A stretch of DNA of 10,066 bases from Candidatus Krumholzibacteriia bacterium (lineage in GTDB: Bacteria > Krumholzibacteriota > Krumholzibacteriia > WVZY01). This document shows positions 1 to 7,605 of the stretch, piece by piece. The stretch's first letter is position 1. Every line of letters starts with the position of its first letter. Below the pieces are notes generated by a model. The model was not told where the DNA came from. It made no database searches and was given only the letters and a program-made list of their open reading frames with translations. The translations under genes were made by a program, and so were the position numbers. The stretch lies in the NCBI GenBank assembly GCA_046754105.1, contig JBHHVD010000102.1, positions 1 through 10,066 of the forward strand, written 5' to 3'.

Positions 1-35
1 CCCTGCCGGCGGCCCGTGCCGGTAGAGCCATCTTC

Positions 36-63
36 CCGCCCGGAGGACCGGTCCTCCGGGCGG
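36..63. repeat. Perfect 28-bp palindrome CCGCCCGGAGGACCGGTCCTCCGGGCGG
   Basis: The sequence equals its own reverse complement over 28 nt. It lies about 125 nt upstream of the mnmG start and has no U-tract after it. Confidence 0.75.
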
Positions 64-187
64 CGGAAATCCGTACCATCCGTGCCCGGGACGTGCCACC
101 GCAGACACAAGACTGGTAGAGAAGGCCGGCGGCCGGGGTGTCCCGCGGGTGCGGCAGCAGACGCGCAAGAGCAAACGGAACGATGCC

Positions 188-2077
188 ATGACAGAAGCCT
201 ACGATCTCATTGTCATCGGTGGCGGTCACGCCGGGTGCGAAGCGGCGCTGGTGGCCGCGCGCATGAACTTGAAGACCGCCATGGTGACGTTGCAGACGCG
301 ACGCATCGGATACATGCCGTGCAACCCCGCGGTCGGCGGCCTGGCCAAGGGGCACCTCGTCAAGGAGCTCGACGCGTTGGGTGGTGAGATGGGCCGCGCA
401 ACGGACCGGGCGGGGATTCAGTTTCGTATGCTCAACCGGGCCAAAGGACCGGCGGTCTGGTCGCCGAGGGCCCAAGTGGACAAGGTGCAGTACAGTCGCA
501 AAATGCGACATACCGTTGAAAATCAGATACACCTTGATCTGGTCGAAGCGGAGGTCGCCGCGATACTGATTGAACACAATGAATTTAAAGGAGTTAAGCT
601 GTGTGACGGGTCGAGGCTTCGAGGGCGTTCGTGCGTGTTGACCACGGGCACGTTTCTCAAAGGACGGATGCATATTGGTGAGCGAAAGGTTGGTGGCGGC
701 CGCGAGGGGGAGCCCGAGACCACGGGGTTGTCCGAATCGCTGCGGGCCGCCGGTTTTCGTATTGGGCGGCTCAAGACGGGAACGCCGCCGCGGGTCCTCC
801 GCGAGTCGGTGGACCTGACCCGCTTCGATCCGCAACCCGGGGACACATCGCCCACTCCTTTCTCGTGGCGAACCCGCGCCGTAACCACACGCCAGGAGTT
901 GTGCTATCTTACACATACCAACCCGGCCGTACACGACGTCATCCGGCGCAACATCGACCGGGCGCCGATGTACCGCGGTGATATCAACGCTATTGGGACA
1001 CGGTATTGCCCGTCGATCGAAGATAAGGTCCTCCGATTTCCCGACAAGATGCGGCACCAGATCTTCGTCGAACCCGAGGGTCGCACGCATCCCGAGCTGT
1101 ATCTGAACGGGATCTCGACCAGTATGCCGGTGGACGTTCAGCTCGAGATTCTACGGAAGATCCCGGGGCTGCACGAGGCCGTCATGCAACGTCCCGGGTA
1201 CGCGGTGGAATATGATTTCTTTCCGCCCGAGCAACTCAAACGGACGCTGGAGTCCAAGTACGTCGACCGTTTATATTTCGCGGGCCAGGTCAACGGCACG
1301 TCGGGGTACGAGGAGGCGGCTGCCCAGGGGTTTGTGGCCGGGTTGAACTCGGCACTGGCCGTCACCGACCGCGACCCCTTTGTCCTCGGGCGCCACGAGG
1401 CGTACATGGGTGTCCTCATCGATGATCTCACCACCAAGGAAATCGACGAGCCGTACCGGATGTTCACGTCGCGAGCGGAATTTCGCTTGCTACTCCGGCA
1501 GGACAATGCCGACGAGCGATTGATGAAGTACGGCGTCGAGCTGGGCCTGGTACCGGCGGCAGCCTGGGGCCGGGTCCGGGATCGCGTGCGCCGTGTGGCG
1601 GAGGTCGTGGACCACCTGGGGCGAGCCATCTTCCCATCCGCCGGCAACGATGACTTCGAAGCGAAGGGCCTCGAATCCGTGCGGAGACCCGCCACTCTGC
1701 TCCAGGTGCTCAAACGCCCGGGGGTTCGTTTCGACGATGTGGTGAAATGGTTTCCGGGCGGCGAGTTACAAGGGGATGTCGGGAGCCACGTGGAATGCGC
1801 GGTGAAGTACATCGGGTACATCCGGCGGCAGGAGCGCGACGTCAAAGCGGTTCGCTCGATGGAACGCCGGCCAATCCCGCATGACTTTCCCTACACTCGT
1901 ATCCATGGACTCAGCACGGAGGCCCGGCAGAAGCTCGATGCGAAGCGGCCCGAGACCGTGGGGCAGGCCTCCCGTATCTCGGGGGTGCGGGCCTCGGACC
2001 TTTCCATCCTCGTGGTGCACCTCGAGCGCGTGCGGCCACGACGCTCGGAGGCCCATGACCGGCGACAGGCACGATGA
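188..2077 (+). CDS. mnmG: tRNA uridine-5-carboxymethylaminomethyl(34) synthesis enzyme MnmG (GidA), ~629 aa
   Basis: FAD-binding motif VIGGGHAGCEAA, plus MPCNPAVGGLAKG, LNRAKGPAV, RLKTGTPPR, RYCPSIEDK, FAGQVNGTSGYEEAAAQG and EPYRMFTSRAEFRLLLRQDNADERL. Start placed at ATG 188 (MTEAYDLIVIGGG) rather than GTG 149. Confidence 0.98.
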   Translation: MTEAYDLIVIGGGHAGCEAALVAARMNLKTAMVTLQTRRIGYMPCNPAVGGLAKGHLVKELDALGGEMGRATDRAGIQFRMLNRAKGPAVWSPRAQVDKVQYSRKMRHTVENQIHLDLVEAEVAAILIEHNEFKGVKLCDGSRLRGRSCVLTTGTFLKGRMHIGERKVGGGREGEPETTGLSESLRAAGFRIGRLKTGTPPRVLRESVDLTRFDPQPGDTSPTPFSWRTRAVTTRQELCYLTHTNPAVHDVIRRNIDRAPMYRGDINAIGTRYCPSIEDKVLRFPDKMRHQIFVEPEGRTHPELYLNGISTSMPVDVQLEILRKIPGLHEAVMQRPGYAVEYDFFPPEQLKRTLESKYVDRLYFAGQVNGTSGYEEAAAQGFVAGLNSALAVTDRDPFVLGRHEAYMGVLIDDLTTKEIDEPYRMFTSRAEFRLLLRQDNADERLMKYGVELGLVPAAAWGRVRDRVRRVAEVVDHLGRAIFPSAGNDDFEAKGLESVRRPATLLQVLKRPGVRFDDVVKWFPGGELQGDVGSHVECAVKYIGYIRRQERDVKAVRSMERRPIPHDFPYTRIHGLSTEARQKLDAKRPETVGQASRISGVRASDLSILVVHLERVRPRRSEAHDRRQAR

Positions 2078-2711
2078 CACCGGAGCCGTGCTGGACGACC
2101 TTTCCGACCTGGGCCACCGTTTTGACGGGCACTCGCTTCCTGAATTCATAACGGAGCTTCTCATCTGGAACCCGCAACTGGGACTGGTCTCCAAAGGAGA
2201 CACGGCGGCGGTCGTCGCAAGACTGATTCGCCAAAGCGTTGATTTTTGGGATGTTATAGCAGCGGTCAACCCGGGTGCCCCCATCCGTCGCGTGGCCGAT
2301 GTCGGCTCCGGGGCGGGTTTCCCGGGCGTCATTTGGAAACTGGTGAACCCGGACCTCGAAATAACGTTGATCGAACGCAAGGAACGCCGCGCCGTCTATC
2401 TGGAACGACTGCGGCGAAAGCTGAGCCTGTCCGGGATCGATGTCGTAGACGAGGACGTGCGAGAGATCGTCGCCCGAGGACGGTACCGGGGTGCGTTCGA
2501 TCTGGTCGCGATGCTGGCCGTAGCGCCTCCCGCGGAGGTCGCGGCCACCGTAGAGACCCTCCTGCCCGAGGGCGGACTCTTCGGTAGCTTCCGGAGCGGA
2601 CGCAACCGCGCCCTGGAGCAGGTGGTGGGCCGGCACCTGGTACTCGCCGGCAGCCGGGCGACGCCCGCCGGGAAGTTTCTCGTGTACCAGAAGGCCACAC
2701 CATCCCAATAA
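2055..2711 (+). CDS. rsmG: 16S rRNA m7G527 methyltransferase RsmG (GidB)-like, ~218 aa, divergent
   Basis: SAM-binding motif ADVGSGAGFPG and ITLIERKERRAVYL; lies directly after mnmG. Likely start is ATG 2055 after GGAGG (2047-2051), overlapping the mnmG end by 23 nt. The start is uncertain. Confidence 0.85.
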   Translation: MTGDRHDDTGAVLDDLSDLGHRFDGHSLPEFITELLIWNPQLGLVSKGDTAAVVARLIRQSVDFWDVIAAVNPGAPIRRVADVGSGAGFPGVIWKLVNPDLEITLIERKERRAVYLERLRRKLSLSGIDVVDEDVREIVARGRYRGAFDLVAMLAVAPPAEVAATVETLLPEGGLFGSFRSGRNRALEQVVGRHLVLAGSRATPAGKFLVYQKATPSQ

Positions 2712-2722
2712 GCTCGCTCGCG

Positions 2723-2738
2723 GGTTTCATGTGAAACG
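2723..2738. promoter_or_regulatory. parS centromere site 1 (GGTTTCATGTGAAACG)
   Basis: Core GTTTCAtGTGAAAC has one mismatch to the core of the widespread parS consensus TGTTTCACGTGAAACA; it is intergenic and near parAB. Confidence 0.88.
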
Positions 2739-2768
2739 GGGAGCGCACGCTGGTGCCGACCCCGGACC

Positions 2769-2784
2769 GGTTTCACGTGAAACG
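2769..2784. promoter_or_regulatory. parS centromere site 2 (GGTTTCACGTGAAACG)
   Basis: Perfect 14-bp palindromic core GTTTCACGTGAAAC, 46 bp from site 1. Confidence 0.92.
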
Positions 2785-2824
2785 CCGGAACGGATTTTTT
2801 GGGCCGACCCCGGGCCAAAAAAGC

Positions 2825-2854
2825 TTGCGTTGTCCGAAGTGGAGCGATTACTGT
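2825..2854 (+). promoter_or_regulatory. Putative sigma70-type promoter for the lipoprotein/parAB cluster
   Basis: TTGCGT (2825-2830), 18-nt spacer, TACTGT (2849-2854), preceded by A/T tracts (2795-2800, 2817-2822) resembling an UP element. Confidence 0.4.
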
Positions 2855-2900
2855 TCCCTGTGGCGTACCCCACGGCAACGAGAACAAAAAGGGGCTTATC

Positions 2901-4241
2901 ATCAAATATTTAATAGGGTTATCCATTACTTTCGGACTCGTGCTCGCCGGGTGTGGTTCCGAAGATCCGCCGGTCGCGCCGAGTGTCAATCAGGCGCCAA
3001 CCATCCAGTTTACGTTCGACAAACTCGCCGTGGGGACGGTTGCGCCGGTCAACCTGACCGTCGCCGTCGATGACACCGATGGGGATCCGCTGACGGTTGC
3101 ATGGACCGTGACGCGATCGGGGAACCCGTCGGGAATCATCGTGGGGGGGCAGGGCACACCGGCGCTTGCCTGGGAGTCCCCCAGTGTCGTCGGCGAGGAC
3201 GTCATTGTGGCCACGGTCTCCGACGGGAACGGGGGGCAGCGGTCCGTCACGGAAACGCTCAAGGTCGGCACCGTCCAGACCGCCGATGTGTTGTCCTCTC
3301 AAACCTGGATCCGGTCGAAGTCGCCGTACATCCTGCGCCCCGGGGGCGCCACGTTTGCCGTCGACCCGGCGGCCGTCCTGACAGTAGCGCAAGGTGTTGA
3401 AATTCTTGTAGATAACCCGGGCCTCGATTTTCAGGTCCAGGGCGCACTGGTCACCAACGGCACGAGTGGCGCGCCGGTGGTGCTCGGCATGAACTCACGA
3501 AACCCGTCGCCGGGAGACTGGGGCGGAATCAGCGCGGTCCCCAACGGGCCCACGGCACCGCAGGTAACGCTCAACAACACGACCGTCACCCACGCCCAGA
3601 ACGCGGTGTTCACGACGAGCGCGGCAGATGCGCAGCTCGACGGCTGCTGGATTTCCCAGTGCAGTGCGGTCGCCATTCTCCATGAATCCACCGGCTCGCT
3701 GGCGGTGACCAATTCGGCCATTACCAACAACAAAGCCAGCGGCATCAAGGTAGACGGGGGACCGAGCGGCACCGCGCCCGCGTCGGTGACGATCCAGGGG
3801 GACAGCATTGCTATCAACGGCGAACTGACGTCGCCGAATACGGAGGCGGGCATCTCGCTGATTTTCGATGACCCGCTCGGCCTCGCTCCCATCACCATCA
3901 GCGGCAATACCATCTCCCGTAATTTCGTTCCGGGGATCGCGTTGGGCAGCCCGGCCCTCCCGATGGCGTTGTACCCGGCGATTTTCGACAACAACCTGAG
4001 CGGCAACGAGTTCGGGAAGGCATCGCCGCCGAGGCATAACTTATTGCTCCAGCTCGATTTCAACGCGAACGGGGTGTTCGCAACCACGCTGGACGCCCGA
4101 AACAACTGGTGGGGACAGCCGTATCCGTCGCCGTCGGATTCCACCTTTATTCGGGACACCATTCGGGACCGGCAAGACAACCCGGGGAGCATCGGCGTTT
4201 GGGTCCTGGTCGACCCATGGCTGCAAGGGCTGCCGCAATAA
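2901..4241 (+). CDS. Lipoprotein with an N-terminal Ig/PKD-like domain and a right-handed parallel beta-helix domain (~446 aa; start uncertain, ORF open from TTG 2799)
   Basis: Signal peptide KYLIGLSITFGLVLAG|C with a LAGC lipobox (Cys at 2952-2954). Ig-like pattern NQAPTI..DTDGDPLTVAW..VSDGNGG. Beta-helix patterns SPYIL..LTVAQGVEI..GDWGGI, ITNNKASGI, ISGNTISRN and a C-terminal DARNNWWG. Confidence 0.8.
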   Translation: MKYLIGLSITFGLVLAGCGSEDPPVAPSVNQAPTIQFTFDKLAVGTVAPVNLTVAVDDTDGDPLTVAWTVTRSGNPSGIIVGGQGTPALAWESPSVVGEDVIVATVSDGNGGQRSVTETLKVGTVQTADVLSSQTWIRSKSPYILRPGGATFAVDPAAVLTVAQGVEILVDNPGLDFQVQGALVTNGTSGAPVVLGMNSRNPSPGDWGGISAVPNGPTAPQVTLNNTTVTHAQNAVFTTSAADAQLDGCWISQCSAVAILHESTGSLAVTNSAITNNKASGIKVDGGPSGTAPASVTIQGDSIAINGELTSPNTEAGISLIFDDPLGLAPITISGNTISRNFVPGIALGSPALPMALYPAIFDNNLSGNEFGKASPPRHNLLLQLDFNANGVFATTLDARNNWWGQPYPSPSDSTFIRDTIRDRQDNPGSIGVWVLVDPWLQGLPQ

Positions 4242-4301
4242 CTGTTTGTCATATAACAAGTTAGGCTGGGACCGTTCCCGGGGCCTGACACAAGGAAACC
4301 C

Positions 4302-5153
4302 GTGGGAAAGATCATAGCAATCGCGAACCAGAAAGGCGGCGTGGGCAAGACCACGACGGCGGTGAACCTGTGCGCCAGCCTGGCGGCGGCCGAAAAACGC
4401 ACGCTGCTCGTCGACATGGACCCACAGGCCAACTCGGTGTCCGGGCTCGGAGTGGACAAGCACGCGGTCGAGCTATCCGTGTACGAGGTGCTGCTCGACG
4501 CCAACCTGGTCGAGACCGCGATCGTGGACACCCAGCTCGAGTATCTCTTTTTATTGCCGGCAAATGAACAGCTTACAGGAGCCGAAATAGACCTGGTCGG
4601 GTTTGAGCGCAGGGAATTCCGCCTCAAGCAGGCACTCGAGAAGATCCGCGGGCACTTCGACTACATTTTCGTGGATTCTCCGCCGAGCCTCGGGTTGCTC
4701 ACGCTCAACACGCTGACCGCGGCGGACTCGGTGCTCATTCCGCTGCAGTGCGAGTACTACGCGCTCGAGGGCTTGGGACAACTCCTGGAGACGATTAAAC
4801 TCGTGCAAACAAACCTCAACCCGACCCTGGATATCGAAGGCGTGTTGTTGACGATGTTCGACCGGCGGCTCAAGCTGGCCAAGCAAGTCGTGGACGAAAC
4901 CATTTCGTATTTTGGGGACAAGGTCTACGACACCATTATCCCTAGAAACGTCAAACTGAGTGAGTCTCCAAGCTTTGGAAAACCCATCCTTTTGTACGAT
5001 GTCGAGTGTCAGGGCGCGAAAACCTACCTGAAACTGGCAAGAGAGGTGATTCAGAGTGTCAAAGAAAGTGCTGGGACGGGGTCTCGAAGCACTGATACCC
5101 CAATCGGTGAAGAAAGCGGTGGCGGAAGGGCCGGTAACGCACATCCCGGTTGA
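4302..5153 (+). CDS. parA: Chromosome partitioning ATPase ParA/Soj, 283 aa
   Basis: Deviant Walker A NQKGGVGKTTT, plus DMDPQAN, DSPPSLGLLT, PLQCEYYALEG and IPRNVKLSESPSFGKP; SD AAGGA before the GTG start. Confidence 0.97.
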   Translation: MGKIIAIANQKGGVGKTTTAVNLCASLAAAEKRTLLVDMDPQANSVSGLGVDKHAVELSVYEVLLDANLVETAIVDTQLEYLFLLPANEQLTGAEIDLVGFERREFRLKQALEKIRGHFDYIFVDSPPSLGLLTLNTLTAADSVLIPLQCEYYALEGLGQLLETIKLVQTNLNPTLDIEGVLLTMFDRRLKLAKQVVDETISYFGDKVYDTIIPRNVKLSESPSFGKPILLYDVECQGAKTYLKLAREVIQSVKESAGTGSRSTDTPIGEESGGGRAGNAHPG

Positions 5154-5916
5154 GGCCATAAGCGCCAACCCGCATCAACCCCGCAAGCGTTTCGACGAGG
5201 AAAAACTCAAGTCACTATCGGAGAGCATCCGCAACGACGGCGTGCTGCAGCCGGTGGTCGTGCGTAAGAACGGCGACCGTTACGAGCTGATCATGGGAGA
5301 ACGGAGGCTGCAGGCGGCACGGCTGGCCGGGGTGCAACACATGCCGGTGGTCGTCAGGCCGACCGAAGAAGTCGATGCCCTCAGGCTTGCGTTGGTAGAG
5401 AACTTGCAAAGGGAAAACCTGAATCCAATTGAGGTTGCCGGCGCGTACCGATCGCTCATGGCGACGTTCGGACTGTCGCAAAACGAGCTCGCGCGGCTGG
5501 TCGCGAGAGACCGGAGTTCGGTCGCCAACACGCTGCGCCTGCTCAGCCTGCCCGAAGAGATCCGGACGATGGTCGTCGAGGGCGCGCTCAGTGAGGGACA
5601 CGCGCGCGCGCTCCTCGCGTTGCCGACGAAAGCCGAGCAGCTCGCACTGGCCGAACGCATCCGCAAGAACAATCTCAACGTGCGTCAGGTGGAGAGTGAA
5701 ACGGGGCAGCGGCGGCAGCGAAAAGGATCGGCGACGGTCAAGAAAGAACAGGCACCACACATCTCGTTTTTGGAAAACGCGATCTCGAGACATCTGTCGA
5801 CCCGCGTGACACTGGAAGAAAAGCGTGGTGGCAAGGGAAAGCTGACGATAGAGTTCTACAGTCACGAGGATTTCGAGCGACTCGCCGAACTCATGAACAT
5901 ACCGATTCCTAGATGA
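5056..5916 (+). CDS. parB: Chromosome partitioning protein ParB/Spo0J, 286 aa
   Basis: N-terminal ParA-stimulating peptide KKVLGRGLEALI, NPHQPRKRF, CTP-binding GERRLQA, ENLQRENLNPIE, HTH RSSVANTLRLL and GHARALL; SD GAGGTG at 5043-5048. Confidence 0.97.
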   Translation: MSKKVLGRGLEALIPQSVKKAVAEGPVTHIPVEAISANPHQPRKRFDEEKLKSLSESIRNDGVLQPVVVRKNGDRYELIMGERRLQAARLAGVQHMPVVVRPTEEVDALRLALVENLQRENLNPIEVAGAYRSLMATFGLSQNELARLVARDRSSVANTLRLLSLPEEIRTMVVEGALSEGHARALLALPTKAEQLALAERIRKNNLNVRQVESETGQRRQRKGSATVKKEQAPHISFLENAISRHLSTRVTLEEKRGGKGKLTIEFYSHEDFERLAELMNIPIPR

Positions 5917-6716
5917 TGAAGAAATATCTCTCGGTCATAGTCGTCCCGCACGATGATTCCAACGTGCGGAACTTCCGCATATCGTACCGGATGCTGATTG
6001 CGCTCACCGTGCTGGTGAGCCTGTCGATATTGACGATCGTTTTCTTTGTCGCGACGTACGGCAAGGCGCTGGTCGAGGCGTATCAGGCGGCCGGACTGGC
6101 TGCGGAAAACAGACAACTGCACGCACGAAACGCCCAGATCGATTCGCTACGCACGGAACTCGTCCGTTTGCAAACGATGGGGATCCAGGTCAAGAAAATG
6201 CTGGGTGTCGGGCTCTCCGAGGAGGACAGCATCCTGGTGGCAAATTTGTCACCGATCGTTTATTCGCCGGCAATCTCGACAACGGGCGATATGTCGGACG
6301 CGGCGCGAACCGAGCAGCAGTTGCTTTTGAAGGCGATCCCCTCCCTATGGCCTCTAAAAGGTTACGTGACAAGAGAGTTTTATACGACTGGCGGGGAAAA
6401 GAGCTCTCGATACCACGCTGGCATGGATATTGCGGCCCGCCGCAATACACCCGTACAAACTTCGGCGGAAGGCGTGGTGGTTTCCAGCGGCTGGGACGAC
6501 ACGTTTGGTTACCAGGTCACGGTAGACCATGGTTTCGGCATACAGACGCTCTACGGCCACAACTCGCGCAACATCGTAAGAGAAGGTGACCGGGTGGTCA
6601 GGGGACAGACGATCGGCTTCGTGGGGAGCACGGGCGAGAGTACCGCTCCACACCTGCATTTCGAAGTGAAAAAGAACGGAGTGCCGGTCGACCCGAGGAA
6701 CTACTTGCTCAACTAG
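5913..6716 (+). CDS. Membrane-anchored M23 family metallopeptidase (peptidoglycan endopeptidase), 267 aa
   Basis: N-terminal TM helix and coiled coil; Zn ligands HAGMD (HxxxD) and PHLHFE (HxH); TLYGHN; ends in VPVDPRNYL. ATGA overlap with the parB stop. Confidence 0.93.
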   Translation: MMKKYLSVIVVPHDDSNVRNFRISYRMLIALTVLVSLSILTIVFFVATYGKALVEAYQAAGLAAENRQLHARNAQIDSLRTELVRLQTMGIQVKKMLGVGLSEEDSILVANLSPIVYSPAISTTGDMSDAARTEQQLLLKAIPSLWPLKGYVTREFYTTGGEKSSRYHAGMDIAARRNTPVQTSAEGVVVSSGWDDTFGYQVTVDHGFGIQTLYGHNSRNIVREGDRVVRGQTIGFVGSTGESTAPHLHFEVKKNGVPVDPRNYLLN

Positions 6717-6737
6717 CCAGGAATGAAAAAAGAACGT

Positions 6738-6764
6738 TTGACTCCGTTACGTTTTGTGTATAAT
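6738..6764 (+). promoter_or_regulatory. Putative sigma70 promoter for bactofilin
   Basis: TTGACT (6738-6743) and a perfect TATAAT (6759-6764) with a short 15-nt spacer; upstream A-tract; SD AAGGAGG at 6797-6803. Confidence 0.6.
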
Positions 6765-6810
6765 TCGGCTTCAACGTCTAGCTCGGGATATCTAGTAAGG
6801 AGGAACGCGT

Positions 6811-7254
6811 ATGTTTGGCAAAGAAGGTGACAGCATCGGCGGCGAGGGTAACTTGAATTCGATTCTCGGACCTGGTTGCAAGATCAAAGGAAATATCGAA
6901 ATCAAAGGAACGCTTCGTATCGACGGCGATTTTGAGGGCGAGGTCAAATGCCCCGAGACATTGATCATCGGCAAGACCGGTGTGGTCAAGGCGGACATCG
7001 CCGTGAAGAACGCGGTGATCGGTGGCAAGCTGGTCGGCAACATCAAGGCGACCAACAAGATCGAATTGCAGACGGGTTCGCACGTCGAAGGCGATATCTC
7101 GACGGCACGTCTCGTCATCGACGAGGGCGTGTTCTTCGAGGGCGCGTGCAAGATGGGTTCGCAGCCCACGGCCGCCGGTCCGTCGGTCTCGAAACCCGTG
7201 TCACAGAATGCAGACTGGATCAAGAAAGAGCCGGCCAAACACGCGGTCAAGTAA
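6811..7254 (+). CDS. Bactofilin (polymer-forming cytoskeletal protein, CcmA family), 147 aa
   Basis: Beta-helix repeats SILGPGCKIKGNI..LRIDGDFEGEV..LIIGKTGVVKADI..VEGDISTARLVIDEGVFFEGACKM; N-terminal MFGK membrane-targeting-type peptide; strong SD. Confidence 0.95.
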   Translation: MFGKEGDSIGGEGNLNSILGPGCKIKGNIEIKGTLRIDGDFEGEVKCPETLIIGKTGVVKADIAVKNAVIGGKLVGNIKATNKIELQTGSHVEGDISTARLVIDEGVFFEGACKMGSQPTAAGPSVSKPVSQNADWIKKEPAKHAVK

Positions 7255-7283
7255 TACAGAACTGGGCAAACCGCATGGGCCAC

Positions 7284-7327
7284 AGGGCTTTCGACCCCGC
7301 GAAGGGGTCGGGGGCCCTCTTTCTTTT
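7284..7327 (+). terminator. Intrinsic terminator after bactofilin
   Basis: Stem AGGGCTTTCGACCCC / GGGGTCGGGGGCCCT (three G-U pairs), loop GCGAA, followed by CTTTCTTTT. Confidence 0.8.
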
Positions 7328-7471
7328 GTCCGCGGGGGTGACCGGCACGAGTTGTCCACAGGGCCCCGTTTTGGTGTGGACAAAAGACCGCCACCTGTGG
7401 AAAACACGTATTCTATTGTGCACGAGAGAGTTACTGCGAAAACAGGTGTTGGCTATGGGCGTTTTTCCACA
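7326..7471. promoter_or_regulatory. DnaA-box cluster (candidate oriC or DnaA-binding locus)
   Basis: TTGTCCACA at 7352-7360 (+) and 7375-7383 (-); TTTTCCACA at 7396-7404 (-) and 7463-7471 (+); weaker boxes at 7326-7334 and 7416-7425. All lie in a non-coding gap. Confidence 0.7.
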
Positions 7472-7586
7472 AATTCATGACCGTGCCGCGCGTAATTGAC
7501 TGAGCTTCAAATGAATAGGATGCACCGATTCAAGCGTCGGTGCATCCAAAAAGGGGGAACAGTTGATTCTAAACGAGATTGCGAGA

Positions 7587-7603
7587 GCCAGCCACCGGCC
7601 GGC
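7587..7603 (-). promoter_or_regulatory. Candidate SECIS hairpin for the second UGA (U72)
   Basis: On the minus strand GCCGGCC-GGU-GGCUGGC forms a 7-bp stem starting 11 nt after UGA 7617-7615, with a G/GU-containing loop. Confidence 0.7.
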
Positions 7604-7605
7604 GA

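Noticed and set aside
1..187. Possible 3' end of mnmE upstream of mnmG
   Set aside because: No FCIGK-type C-terminus in any + frame, so no gene could be supported.
1881..2054. N-terminal extension of RsmG
   Set aside because: It is an alternative frame inside mnmG and has no RsmG-like sequence.
2795..2822. T6-GGGCCG-ACCC-CGGGCC-A6 inverted repeat as an rsmG terminator
   Set aside because: The T-tract precedes the stem on both strands (wrong polarity); more likely an UP/bending element.
3431..4627. 398-aa minus-strand ORF and other long antisense ORFs (1138..1845, 1911..2708, 9130..9975)
   Set aside because: They are antisense to well-supported genes, as expected from GC-rich codon bias, and show no domain signatures.
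7262..7290. GGGCAAACC resembling the start of a c-di-GMP-I riboswitch
   Set aside because: The GNRA-capped stem and downstream GCAAAG elements are absent, and it lies 3' of a gene just before a terminator.
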